This document shows, piece after piece, positions 1 to 10,150 of a stretch of DNA of 64,000 nucleotides. A program made the translations under genes and the position numbers. Source of the DNA: Paramoeba atlantica (Eukaryota > Protista > Discosea). The notes under the pieces were generated by a model, which worked only from the letters and a program-made list of their open reading frames with translations, made no database searches and was not told the origin of the DNA. The stretch lies in NCBI GenBank assembly GCA_977017575.1, contig CDRNVI010000073.1:1-64000 (forward strand). Direction: 5' to 3'. How positions within the stretch are numbered: position 1 is the first letter of the stretch; every line of letters starts with the position of its first letter.

Positions 1-1
1 A

Positions 2-379
2 ATCAATATAGTCCAAGAAGGAAAAAACTACGGTTGGCCGGTTATTACCTACGGAATCAACTATAGTGGTACAAAAATCACGAATCAGACTTCCAGAACG
101 GGAATGGAACAACCATTTTATCAATGGACTCCTTCCATAGCGCCATGTGGAATGACATTTGTAAGTTCAGATAGATATCCCAAATGGAAAGGAAATCTGT
201 TGGTGGGGTTCCCTCGTGTTTCAGTATTTGGAACGATTAATAATTGAAGATAACAAAGTTATTTACCGGGAAAAGTTGCTGGGTGGTATGGGCCGTTTGC
301 GTAATGTGAGGCAAGCCCCTGATGGTTTTATTTACGTAGGGATTGAGGGAAAAGGAATTTTTAGACTGGTCCGAATTAG
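2..379 (+). CDS. Bacterial PQQ-dependent sugar dehydrogenase (glucose/sorbosone dehydrogenase family), 3' fragment with apparent frameshifts
   Basis: Frame from nt 2 reads INIVQEGKNYGWPVITYGINYSG...WTPSIAPCGMTF...WKGNLLVG. After a +1 slip in GGGG (~205) it continues SLVFQYLERL...GRLRNVRQAPDGFIYVG, typical GSDH motifs. The end is uncertain (probably RLVPN* near 379 after another slip). Confidence 0.85.
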
Positions 380-388
380 TCAAATACA

Positions 389-1200
389 TCAAGACCTTAA
401 CGCTTCAATAGCCTTTTTTACCGAACCATACTTTTTTAACGCTTTTTCAGCCTCCGCATAATCCATTTCCAGTTCTTCTACTAAATAACGTGTGCCTCGG
501 TCCACCAATTTGGTATTGCTTAGCTGCATGTTTACCATTTTGTTGCCTTTTACCCTACCAATACGAATCATCAAGGCCGTGGAAATCATATTCAAAACCA
601 GTTTCTGACTGGTTCCGCTTTTCATTCTGGTGCTCCCGGTAACAAATTCTGGACCCACCTCTACTTCTATTGGAATATCTGCTGCCTTGGCCAATGGGGA
701 ACCCGGATTGTTGGTAATCCCTGCAGTCAACAGTCCATGGGCTTTGGCATCCCTAATTCCACCCAACACATAAGGAGTAGTCCCCGATGCTGCAATGCCC
801 ACAACAATATCATTTTTATTGATATCAAACTCCATTAAATCCTTCCAAGCCTGCTGAGTGTTATCCTCTGCAAACTCAACCGCTTTTCTAATGGCCACAT
901 CCCCGCCTGCAATTAGACCTATTACTCTGTCATGGGGCATTCCATAGGTTGGAGGAATTTCAGAGGCATCCAAAATACCCAAGCGCCCACTGGTTCCAGC
1001 ACCTATATAAAAAAGTCGACCACCATCCAAAAATCGTTCCGTTGCTGAATTCACCAAGGTCGAATTTGAGGAATCACCTCTGCTACTGCATCCGCAATTT
1101 TCTGATCTTCCTCGTTCACCCCCTTTAAAATGGTATGGGTATCCATCTGCTCCAAATTGTCATAATTTGAAGGACTCTCTGTTATCTTTTTGTAGTTCAT
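389..1200 (-). CDS. murQ: N-acetylmuramic acid 6-phosphate etherase, bacterial; one 1-bp deletion near 1063
   Basis: SIS-domain motifs GGRLFYIGAGTSGRLG, GIAASGTTPYV and GPEFVTGSTRMKSGT. ATG at 1200 (MNYKKITESPSNYDNLEQM...AVAEVIPQI) is one base out of frame with the 389-1057 ORF (span 812 nt). Confidence 0.93.
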
Positions 1201-1204
1201 TTTA

Positions 1205-1510
1205 TTATAAAAGATGAATCTCTTGGTTTTTAAATAGGTTTAAGCGATCACTAGTTGGATCAAGCTCCGTAATCATGCTATTGATTGTATGGATATCACA
1301 AGTTTTATAACGATGTCGAGAATTTAACTTTTCAGAAATCGATAAAAGTATGGTTTTTTTGGAAGCTCTTATGACTGCTTTTTTGACCTGAACCGTGTCC
1401 CAATCAAACTCAGTCAGCCCAAATTGTGCATCCACATAACCTGTCCCGATAAACTGTAGTCCACCTGGATTTCCGACAACTGATGAATATGCGATTGCCA
1501 ACGACAGTGT
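1205..1510 (-). CDS. DeoR/GlpR-family transcriptional regulator, C-terminal sensor fragment (5'-truncated, frameshifted)
   Basis: FIGTGYVDAQFGLTEFDWDTVQVKKAVIRASKKTILLSISEKL resembles the DeoR C-terminal domain. An alternative frame upstream gives IHQLSEIQVDYS. Its stop is 4 nt from the murQ ATG (operon-like spacing). Confidence 0.75.
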   Translation of the reverse strand, partial: TLSLAIAYSSVVGNPGGLQFIGTGYVDAQFGLTEFDWDTVQVKKAVIRASKKTILLSISEKLNSRHRYKTCDIHTINSMITELDPTSDRLNLFKNQEIHLL

Positions 1511-4500
1511 CGGGGGGCCACACACACGAATTGTGTTCGTCACCACAGGGTACCTCCTGCAGTCGTTGCTGCATCACACCCGTCTGTGGGATCGTCTCAC
1601 CCACCTGGTGTTTGACGAGGCCCACGAGCGCGGGTTGGAGGAGGATATGACCCTGTTGGTGGTGAAGCTTAAGCTGGCCCGGGAACGGGAGGCGGCCGCG
1701 GTAAAAGGGTGGCACGGTGGACCCCCCCATGACACGTTGGACCCACAGCCTTCGGGTGTCCCTACAAACGCTAAAAGGCTTATCATCATGTCCGCAACGC
1801 TGGAGACGGAGCGTTTTGTGACGTACTTTCACTCGGTTCAAGGCGGACCCCCGCCGTGTCTACAAGTCGGCACTCGCCGGTTTCCGGTCGTCGAGTATTA
1901 TCTCGAGACACTCCCGTTGGAGATCACCTCCGGGCTCACGCGGGAGGGCACAGAGGCGATCCAGAACTGGGCCTCTCGCCTGGTTCGTCTCCCCCGTGAG
2001 CCTCCAGGGCTGGACGCGATGCATCGCCTGTTGCTTTGCCTTATCCCAGCGGTTTGTAAACCCATGGGATGTGTGCTCGTGTTCCTCCCGGGGCTACAGG
2101 AGATGGAACTGCTGTACTCCGAGCGTGAGGTTCTACAACAACGTGCCGCACAGCGTTGGGCGGAGACCCCCGACGCCGAGTTGGAGCTTTCCTTCTTTTT
2201 GCTCCACTCCACGGTGCCGCTGGAGGAGCAGCAAAAGGCCACCCGACGGCTCTCCTCGACAAGTTCTCCCGTGTGTCGGGTAATTTTAGCAACGAATCTC
2301 GCGGAGACAAGTCTCACTATTCCCGATGTCCACATTGTGCTGGACAGCGGGCTTAGTCGACGCGTGTGCTACGCGGAGCGGCAAAAAATGGCACGGCTTC
2401 AAACCGTGTGGTGTTCCCAGGGCGCCGCCCGTCAACGTGCTGGGCGAGCGGGACGTACCCAGACGGGGATCGTGTGTCGTTTATACAGCGAACGTCTCCA
2501 CGACGTCGTGATGCCTCCGGTAGAGCCCTCAGAGCTCTACCCGCTGGAATACAGCGTGCTTCGTGCTCGGGTCCACCTGAGAGCCTTTGGGACTCCTCAG
2601 GAGGTAATGTCACGTTTTATCGAGGCTCCGGCCACGGGTGCGGTCGAGGACGCGCTGCGGGGACTGATACAGGCCCAGCTACTCGGCAACCCTCCGGGGT
2701 ATGAAGTTCGCCCACTTGGGGTGGTGGTGAGCCAACTTCCATTAAGTGTCACTCACAGCGGGTGGCTCGTTTCGGCAGCGTATTTAGGGATTGTCCCCGA
2801 GACCCTGGTAGTGGTCTGTGGGCTTTCACTATCAAAACCGCTGTTTAAATATCCTATGCGGGTGTTTTACGATAACAATGCAGATTATCACGCGGCGTTT
2901 GCACAGACCGTTGAAGGGGTGCGCTCTCTGTCAGCAGGCTTTGCTAATGATATTGTGGCCTTTCTGGTGATTTACCTGGAAGCAAGCACCTATCTCGGAA
3001 TGGACCGAGCCCAGGCAAGAGAAGCCGGGCAGTCGAACGCACTGCGTGAGTTTTGTCGAATACACAGTCTGATCTACGCCCGGGTACGGTCCTTTGTGAC
3101 AGAGGTCCGCGGAATTGCACAGAAACTGCTCAAGCTTATACCCACATTGCTCAGTGTGCGAGATCGCCAGCTCCTCGAGGTGATGGAGAAACTGCCCTGT
3201 TGTGGAACCTCCCTGACGGCAGCCGAAACCACCCGTCTCCTTCGCATGCGTCGAGAAATCAACCCGAATGTTTTCCGGCCGCGTCGTCTGTCTCTGTTTA
3301 TACTCCTCGCAAGTCAGTCTCATGTCTTAGTGATGCAGCCCCCACGAGAATCCGAGGCACACCGCGAGCTCAACCCCCAGGAAGTGGAATTCGGTTCCAC
3401 CTCTCTTATTGTAAAAAACAGCACAGAAGCGAGTGTTCGGGCCCATTTTGAGGAATTGGGACCTGTGCGTCAGGTTACCAAATCGCAGTTCGGCAGTCAT
3501 CTCAAAGTGGAGTTCGTCAATGACCAATTCTATCACGATGGGTATTTGGAAACAAATGTGGAGAAGGAGAACGACGATTCAGAAGAGGAATACTCCTCCT
3601 CAGAAGAGGAGTCCGAAATGTGCGAAAGCTTGAGCACGGTCGAAATCCCTCCTCCCCTTGTCTGTACCTTTTGTGACACCCCCGCACCCCATAGAGAGAC
3701 CACTCTAGGATCAAATCCTAATGACAACGACCCCGACGCTAACTCGAATCCTTCCTTAGCCACCTTTTCTTCCTCCTCCTCCTCCTCCTTCTCTCGTGGT
3801 TTCTGTTCCTCTTCCCGCCGAAAATTCTACGGCACGGAGCTCTGCGGCTACAGTGATGACGATGAGGATGACGAAATCGATCCCCAACCCACTCAAACGA
3901 ACCCCACCCCCTCCCCCCCTCTCCCCCTCCTTCGACGCTTCCCCCTCCCCGTCGACCTCCTCCGACGGCTCTACCGTAAAGAAAAAGGCAAACTCCAATC
4001 CGAGTTCGCTCACATCCAGGATCGCCACTTTCTCGGCTTCTCCTCCAAACCGAAAGTTTTGTATCAACTGTTAACCAACCCCAATGCCGGGGTCTTGTTT
4101 TCGTCCTCTTCTTTTTCACAAGATGAAAACAACGAAAACAACAGATGCGTGGGAGGAAAACAAAAGCCACACAAAAGGAGTCCCGCACACGGGGACGCCC
4201 GTGTGTTTCTCGACAGCTGGAGTGTCGTGGAGGGGTACTACGACAGCTCACCCTACGGTGGGCCCCACCGAGGGGGCCACGGCCACGGGGCCAGCCCCCG
4301 GGGCCTGGCCTACCCTCCATTTCCCTCCCCCTTTCCCCGGGCCGCCCCGCCCCGGTACGGGTACGCGCTCCAGACCCAGGCGGTGGGTCGCGAGGCCCAC
4401 ACGTCCTATGTGGTCACCAGCGCCCTGCTGCCGGGGGTGGAGACCGGGGAGGAGTTCCTGTGCTTTATGGTGTCGCAGTGTTGCGGGCCCCAGGCCCGGG

Positions 4501-5276
4501 GGGCCACGGTGTGGGGCGCGGGGCTCGACCCTTCGGGGTTTGTGCGACACTGGGGGTACGGGGACCCCCGGGTCCCGGGCCAGGGTCACGGGTTCCACCA
4601 TGTGTACCTCCCCCTGTGGGGGGTGATGGTGATGAATGGGCTGCGGGTGGTCCTCGCGCTGGGGGCGGTGATGGCCCCGATGGTGGGGGGGATGGGACGG
4701 GTGCGACGGCGGGTGAGGGCCTCCCTGGAGGTGTTAAACCGGTTTATGCAGGCCAGGAGGGGGGGGGTGCTGCGTTGTGCGGCGAGGGGTTGTCAGAGCG
4801 TGACCTCGGGTTCGTACGCGAGGGGTACTCACTTTTGTGGGGGGCAGAAGGAGAAGCGCATGACGTTGCGCTTGCCCAACCTTGCGGCGTGTTTTCAAGC
4901 GATGGGGATGAAGGCGCCGTGCTCAGAGAGTGCGGTGGGTTCCCAGGAGGAGCAGCCCAAGCAAGCTCTTCCTTTGATGGATTACGGTGCTCTTTGGGAC
5001 ACGTTCAAAAAGACGTTCAAAAAACCTTTGAGGAAAAAAGAGGAGAGAAGAGAGTGGGAAGAGGACGGAGAATGGGAAGAGGACGGAGAATGGGAAGAGG
5101 AAGGGGATGAGGAAGATGAAGAAGAGGGGGACGAGGAAGAGGGGGACGATTCCTGGATAGAGGGTCTTCCAAGTGTTCCGAAACCTGTTTTAGAACTCGG
5201 CGCCATGTTGTATCCTCTTTTTGAGAATCCCGATGCGAAGAACGTAATTCTGGGACCGCACGCATGCTATTATTGA
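1509..5276 (+). CDS. DEAH/RHA-family RNA helicase, eukaryotic, lacking its N-terminus (Walker A)
   Basis: Motifs TRIVFVTTGYLL (Ib), LVFDEAHER (II), MSAT (III), LVFLPG (IV), ATNLAETSLTIPDV (V) and QRAGRAGR (VI), then an HA2-like region. No GxGKT motif; the frame runs into bacterial DNA upstream. Confidence 0.9.
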   Translation, partial: VGGPHTRIVFVTTGYLLQSLLHHTRLWDRLTHLVFDEAHERGLEEDMTLLVVKLKLAREREAAAVKGWHGGPPHDTLDPQPSGVPTNAKRLIIMSATLETERFVTYFHSVQGGPPPCLQVGTRRFPVVEYYLETLPLEITSGLTREGTEAIQNWASRLVRLPREPPGLDAMHRLLLCLIPAVCKPMGCVLVFLPGLQEMELLYSEREVLQQRAAQRWAETPDAELELSFFLLHSTVPLEEQQKATRRLSSTSSPVCRVILATNLAETSLTIPDVHIVLDSGLSRRVCYAERQKMARLQTVWCSQGAARQRAGRAGRTQTGIVCRLYSERLHDVVMPPVEPSELYPLEYSVLRARVHLRAFGTPQEVMSRFIEAPATGAVEDALRGLIQAQLLGNPPGYEVRPLGVVVSQLPLSVTHSGWLVSAAYLGIVPETLVVVCGLSLSKPLFKYPMRVFYDNNADYHAAFAQTVEGVRSLSAGFANDIVAFLVIYLEASTYLGMDRAQAREAGQSNALREFCRIHSLIYARVRSFVTEVRGIAQKLLKLIPTLLSVRDRQLLEVMEKLPCCGTSLTAAETTRLLRMRREINPNVFRPRRLSLFILLASQSHVLVMQPPRESEAHRELNPQEVEFGSTSLIVKNSTEASVRAHFEELGPVRQVTKSQFGSHLKVEFVNDQFYHDGYLETNVEKENDDSEEEYSSSEEESEMCESLSTVEIPPPLVCTFCDTPAPHRETTLGSNPNDNDPDANSNPSLATFSSSSSSSFSRGFCSSSRRKFYGTELCGYSDDDEDDEIDPQPTQTNPTPSPPLPLLRRFPLPVDLLRRLYRKEKGKLQSEFAHIQDRHFLGFSSKPKVLYQLLTNPNAGVLFSSSSFSQDENNENNRCVGGKQKPHKRSPAHGDARVFLDSWSVVEGYYDSSPYGGPHRGGHGHGASPRGLAYPPFPSPFPRAAPPRYGYALQTQAVGREAHTSYVVTSALLPGVETGEEFLCFMVSQCCGPQARGATVWGAGLDPSGFVRHWGYGDPRVPGQGHGFHHVYLPLWGVMVMNGLRVVLALGAVMAPMVGGMGRVRRRVRASLEVLNRFMQARRGGVLRCAARGCQSVTSGSYARGTHFCGGQKEKRMTLRLPNLAACFQAMGMKAPCSESAVGSQEEQPKQALPLMDYGALWDTFKKTFKKPLRKKEERREWEEDGEWEEDGEWEEEGDEEDEEEGDEEEGDDSWIEGLPSVPKPVLELGAMLYPLFENPDAKNVILGPHACYY

Positions 5277-5637
5277 ACTGGGACCATGTGAACCGCTTCC
5301 AAATTGAAACTTCGTGTTGGCAATCTTGATCTTCATGCACGTATTCTTCGTAATATCCTACGTATGCATGAAATATATTTTCTAGTAGCACTTAATACTG
5401 TGCTTAATCTATTGAGAACTACTTAGAGTACATCTACTTAGAGCTAAATTAGTTCTTTGTTCTCTTGATTAATCTAAAACTCTTTCACACAGTACGGAAA
5501 TTTCATGCAGATTTGATATGAACCAGAAGCGTCTCACGGTATTTCGTCTCTTTCCTTCATTTCCATGTTTTATACCTATTCGAATTCTTTTTTATTATTT
5601 TTAGTACCGTTTTCTTGCTACTCTTCCCTTCAACTCC

Positions 5638-6687
5638 ATGACCTCTACCGAGACCCTACCTACCCCCCATGAACTCCTCAAGGAGGCACAATCCATGACC
5701 GTGGAAAAATTCCTCAATCTCTCCTGCGACTTTCGCATTGCGGTTATCCCCTACTGCTCCACCGAGCTCCGTCGTGAGATTGCCTCCATGGCGAACGAGA
5801 CCCCTGAAGAAGAGAAAGTAGACACCTCCGCCGAAACCTCCGAGTCTCCTTTAAAAAATACAGAATGTAAAAGCCCTGCACGTAAGATGGCCAAATCCGC
5901 CGAGGAGAACAACACAACCTGCGAAACAACCCCTAAAAGCCAAACCAAAATCTCCCTGGCGAATTTTAACAAGTACCCCGACAAAGTCGCGCTTCGTCGA
6001 GGTCCCATGGGGATCTCTCCGGTCGCTGCGGTGGATCTCGCGGAGAACGAGGAGATCTACACGCTCCGTGGACCCATCCTCCCCTACGCGACGGTATTTA
6101 CCATTCAAGTCACCAAGGAGCTCCACATGAACCCCTATGGGGGATCCGAGTTCCTGGCCCACAGTTGCCGCCCCAACACCAAGGTGGTGATTGAAAAATT
6201 AAAAGGGGAACCGGAGTGTGAGATTCCGGAACAGAAAAAAGAGGAAAGTTCTGCCCAAGAGGGGGGGGAGAAGAACGAAAACGGGACGCCTAGAAATGAG
6301 ACCAAAGATTTTATGGTCGCCCACCCCTATGTGCTTCGGGTGATTACGATTGCGGCGATTCCCGCCGGGGAGGTGTTGAGTTTCAACTACCTCACCACGG
6401 AGTACGCCATGGATGAGCCCTTCGAGTGTGTGTGTGCGGCCCAGGACATGACCACCGGGGCTGTGATCGGGTCCGTCCCCCCGGACATGACCCCACCACG
6501 GAAACGGAAAGGGTCCCAGACCCGCGCGGGGTCCCTCTCCCCGAGTATCTCCCCCGCCCGGCTGTTTTGTTTCGGCAAAATCAGCGGGTTCAAGGATTTG
6601 AACTCGATGGAGCGGGAGGAGTTGGCGCCGTACTGCACGGAGGTGGTGAAGCAGTGCGCGGTGGAAAATGGGCTGTTGAAATCGTAA
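5638..6687 (+). CDS. SET-domain protein (putative lysine methyltransferase)
   Basis: FLAHSCRPN and GEVLSFNY SET motifs; post-SET FECVC...CFGKISGF. Confidence 0.8.
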   Translation: MTSTETLPTPHELLKEAQSMTVEKFLNLSCDFRIAVIPYCSTELRREIASMANETPEEEKVDTSAETSESPLKNTECKSPARKMAKSAEENNTTCETTPKSQTKISLANFNKYPDKVALRRGPMGISPVAAVDLAENEEIYTLRGPILPYATVFTIQVTKELHMNPYGGSEFLAHSCRPNTKVVIEKLKGEPECEIPEQKKEESSAQEGGEKNENGTPRNETKDFMVAHPYVLRVITIAAIPAGEVLSFNYLTTEYAMDEPFECVCAAQDMTTGAVIGSVPPDMTPPRKRKGSQTRAGSLSPSISPARLFCFGKISGFKDLNSMEREELAPYCTEVVKQCAVENGLLKS

Positions 6688-7297
6688 ATGAGTAACAGCC
6701 AGGGGAGAGGGGAAAGAATGAGGGGGGAAGGTTGATGTAATGTGGTGAAAAGGGGGTTGGGATAGATTTTAAGGCATTTTTTTCTTAAATTTCTGTTCTT
6801 GTTACGACAGTCACTTATCCTACTGGTATTTTTACAGTTCGTTTTAAATGTTGTTTGCGTTTTGGAGGTAGATCACCCTGGTTTCTATTACTTATTATTC
6901 GAATGAATGAATATTGTCTACTTTTAATTGAGAAATCCTTGTTCTGTTTACGGAGTTCGTTTAAAATCGGTGTTTTCTTCTAGCGTTTTTTGAATATTTT
7001 AAGTGAACGTTTCGGAACTGTTTTTGGTCCTATTAATTCTAATAAATGTTATTTCAGATTGCAATTAAGTGTTTTTCGTTGTAAATGAATGTTTTTGCTA
7101 CCTTTTTCGTTATCTGTATCACTGATTCTCATACACTACTAATCTTAGTATCCGAGATCACACTAAAAATGTATTCGATCTTGATTCTTTTCCACAGACT
7201 TTTCCATTCTCTGGCAGTGTTTTAGGCGTAATAGTAATGTTTGTCGTAAAACGCAGTATCTCTTTTTATTCTTTGTGTTTTCTACAAGCTATTCTAT

Positions 7298-7912
7298 ATG
7301 CTATTTTTCATGTCTCTGGTACGCACATCCCTGGCATCAGATGCGCAACCGACTGTACGTCCAGGTAAGGTTACTGGAGCGTCGCTACCCGCGGAATATG
7401 ATTTAATGCGGCTCTTACAAAAGGTAGAGAATCTTGACTCTACCTGGAGCACGAATACACCAGCGGATGAATGGGATGGTGTCGAATGCGATAAAGCTGG
7501 CAAGGTGGTCTATATAGATTGGTCGTATTTAAATCTTCGTGGTGAACTGAATCTGAAATATTTGCCCGTCACATTGGTGGCTCTACTTCTTCATGACAAT
7601 GAGTTTTCGGGAAATTTTCCTTTTGAAGCTTTTCCTAGAACATTAAAAACTATTACTTTATCTAGCAACCAATTTACGGGAACCCCAAACCTGTGTAATT
7701 TGCCGCCCATGCTAAAGCAAATCGCATTCGGTCACAACGAATTTGGTGGCTGTGTTGATTTTTCTTCACTCCCGCTAACTTTGAGAGAGTTATATTTGAA
7801 TCGTAACATAAACTTGGAAGGTTACTTGGATGTAGATGGCGTACTAAAGAATTTGTGCTATAATGTTGAATGGACGCGAGTTACGGTGAGTAATGGAATA
7901 CTAAAAACTTAA
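7298..7912 (+). CDS. Short leucine-rich repeat protein (LRR1)
   Basis: W-S-T-N-T-P-x-x-E-W-D-G-V-E-C cap followed by ~22-aa LxxLxLxxNxFxG repeats; paralogous to 11 other ORFs in the window. Confidence 0.9.
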   Translation: MLFFMSLVRTSLASDAQPTVRPGKVTGASLPAEYDLMRLLQKVENLDSTWSTNTPADEWDGVECDKAGKVVYIDWSYLNLRGELNLKYLPVTLVALLLHDNEFSGNFPFEAFPRTLKTITLSSNQFTGTPNLCNLPPMLKQIAFGHNEFGGCVDFSSLPLTLRELYLNRNINLEGYLDVDGVLKNLCYNVEWTRVTVSNGILKT

Positions 7913-8233
7913 ATCAAACGTTTCGAAATTAGGGAAAATTTAAACTTATAAATAAAACTTACAGTGCATCCAATATTTCATATCTATCTGATCTACACTC
8001 TTGATGTGTACACTCTTTATGTGTATGAAGAGTCTTTATGTTCAATTTATGAACCTCTTTATGTTGTATTCATTAAAACGTTTTTTTTCAGGGTTCGCAG
8101 AAACTATAAAACTATCAATATAGTACTATATAGTTACTATAAACGTTTTTTAAAACTATAAAAAACTATGTTTTTTTGTTTCACTTTTTAAACACTCTTG
8201 AGCTCACCAACACGCCTTAAATACACAGAGAAT

Positions 8234-8680
8234 TCATTTGTGTCCAATTCTTCCTATTTTTGAACCCAAAAATTGATGCCCGAAATAAAAGCTAAGAGGG
8301 GTAATTTCTGCTCCACGAATTTCATGTGTTCCTCTACTTCCAGCTCCCTTGAGCATCTTTTTTAATATGTCAGAAAGCAGCCACGAGCATTCGTGTCCTG
8401 CACGTCGTTTCACAAATATTAGTGCACTCCAAATACCTGCAGGTGAGCACATGCCTTGATTGTACCATTCCACAAGAAATGACATGAACTCTTCCTCTGA
8501 ACACGTCTCGATTTTAATACTCTTGACTTTTCTCACCCTCTTTAGGAAGCTTTCAAGGGGATTCAAAACTCGCTCATAAGTCTTTAAGGTAGTAGGCTTC
8601 ACAGATGCATTCACGAGAACCATGCGCGCTGTGCTGCACCTAATTAGCTTAGCGCGCGAAGGCTTAAACTTACGAGACAT
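8234..8680 (-). pseudogene. Tyrosine-recombinase N-terminal (core-binding) domain fragment, DIRS/VIPER/TATE/Crypton-like
   Basis: ASVKPTTLKTYERVLNPLESFL...FMSFLVEW...WSALIFVKRRAG...LKKMLKGAG...RGAEIT matches the remembered pattern of retroelement YR N-termini. The catalytic R-H-R-Y region is absent. Confidence 0.6.
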
Positions 8681-8893
8681 ACAATATACACTAATGAAAC
8701 GACTAAGAGGGGTGAACCGGGATCGGTGCGAGCGGGTGCGGCTCAAAGTAAAAATGCAGTGCCCCGAAAAAGATCACTCCTAGATATTCAGGAGTTAAGC
8801 AATTTTATACACCCTCTTATCAGTTCAGAATTTTGAGATGTACACGTTCTCGTTACTTTTAGTGAAATGAAATTTTGATGAAATGCAGTCGAA

Positions 8894-9965
8894 ATGTATC
8901 CTAAAAAAATTAAACCACTCCGGGTTAATATTCCTATACCCTCGTATTATTCCTACCAGGAATATTACCGTCCCCCCTCCTATTTACTATTCAGTATCTT
9001 GCCCCCCGGCGCGAAAAACTTTTTGGTCCTTTTCTGCTAATTTTTTTTAATATTCCTATACCTCTTAATATTCCTACCAGGAATATTAACCCGGACAGTG
9101 GTTTAGTTCCAAAATTTACTTTAAGCTTGCAAATCTTTTGATGGATCTTCTACCTGACGACACTGTGTTCCTCGAAGACAAGTATGCTAGCTCTTCTTCA
9201 CCCACTTATGACCGTTTACGCAAGTGGGTAGGCCACAAGTTGCGCGAAACTATGATTGTTCCTTTAACACGAAAAGAAATTGTAAACTTAAAATTTGCTG
9301 GCCTTTCTGATATAGAAAAGAACAGGATCAAGTACGCAGACACACATCTTCCTGCGCCGGAAATAATGGAACGCATGGAGGAGAACATATTGGATAATTG
9401 CGCTGAGTAGTTGTTGAATCGTCGTCAGCAGCTTCTAAACGGATCAGAAACCCGCTCAAAGACGCTTTTTGAAGTGTCAATCGATGAGACTATCCTGCTT
9501 GAGGCATTGGTCATGAAGGCCCGTGACACGGGACTCATGTTCTACAAAGATGCCATGAAATCTGAACTTCATGGCGTCAAGGAGCATGAGATGGACAATT
9601 TTTGGCGATGGAATAGTCCGGAGGAGAAATGGAAACTTGTTATACAAGATTTGCCTGTGGAATCGTTGGCTAAGGATATGAGTGACTTCCTTGGGAAGTA
9701 CTATGGTGGGAAATATGAGCATTCTCCTCGCTCCTTAGAAGCTATGGCAGAATGGTTTCGCACTATGCGGCGAAGTTTGCGTGGGGACACGGTGGAAGCG
9801 AGCAAGAAGCACCGCTACCGTCACGGAGACCTTAAGCAGGTCGTTTGTGGAACGCAAGTGGAGACAAAAAAGGCTGCTGACGAAATTATAGTTCTACATC
9901 AGCAAGTACATGACCTCGAAAGCAAAGTGAAGAAGTTGAAAGCATACAAACGTTCGCGTCATTGA
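8894..9965 (+). pseudogene. Unknown ~290-aa ORF disrupted by a MITE and one in-frame TAG (9408-9410)
   Basis: ORFs 9138-9410 and 9411-9965 share a frame. Removing the 8913-9103 MITE plus one TA extends the frame to ATG 8894 (MYPKKISSKIYFKLANLL...). Confidence 0.55.
8913..9103. mobile_element. MITE related to the pogo-like element at 22913
   Basis: Termini AACCACTCCGGGTTAATATTCCT / AGGAATATTAACCCGGACAGTGGTT, TA on both sides; same AACCAC(n)TCCGGGTT terminus as the 22913-24845 element. Confidence 0.8.
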
Positions 9966-10071
9966 GTGTCATTCACCTCAATTTAAGCTATGAGCAGGCT
10001 GCGGCCGTCCTACTTCCCTATCTCGGTAAATTGAAACTACAGGAAAGAAATTATTGACTATCTGCGAAGTC

Positions 10072-10150
10072 CAAGGTCGGGACTGTCCCTCTTGCCGATG
10101 AAGCAGGGGACGCACCTTCACCCCTCCCCGGCTCGCTCCCCCGGAGTGAG
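10072..10150 (+). repeat. Partial copy of the SL-RNA-like structured motif
   Basis: AAGGTCGGGACTGTCCCTCTT...GAAGCAGGGGACGC...CTCGCTCCC..GGAGTGA aligns by eye with ~49390-49478. Confidence 0.6.

Noticed and set aside
10072-10125. Hammerhead or HDV-like ribozyme in the CCGATGA...GAAG motif
   Set aside because: The CTGATGA/GAAA core is absent and not conserved in homologous copies; I could not build an HDV double pseudoknot by eye.
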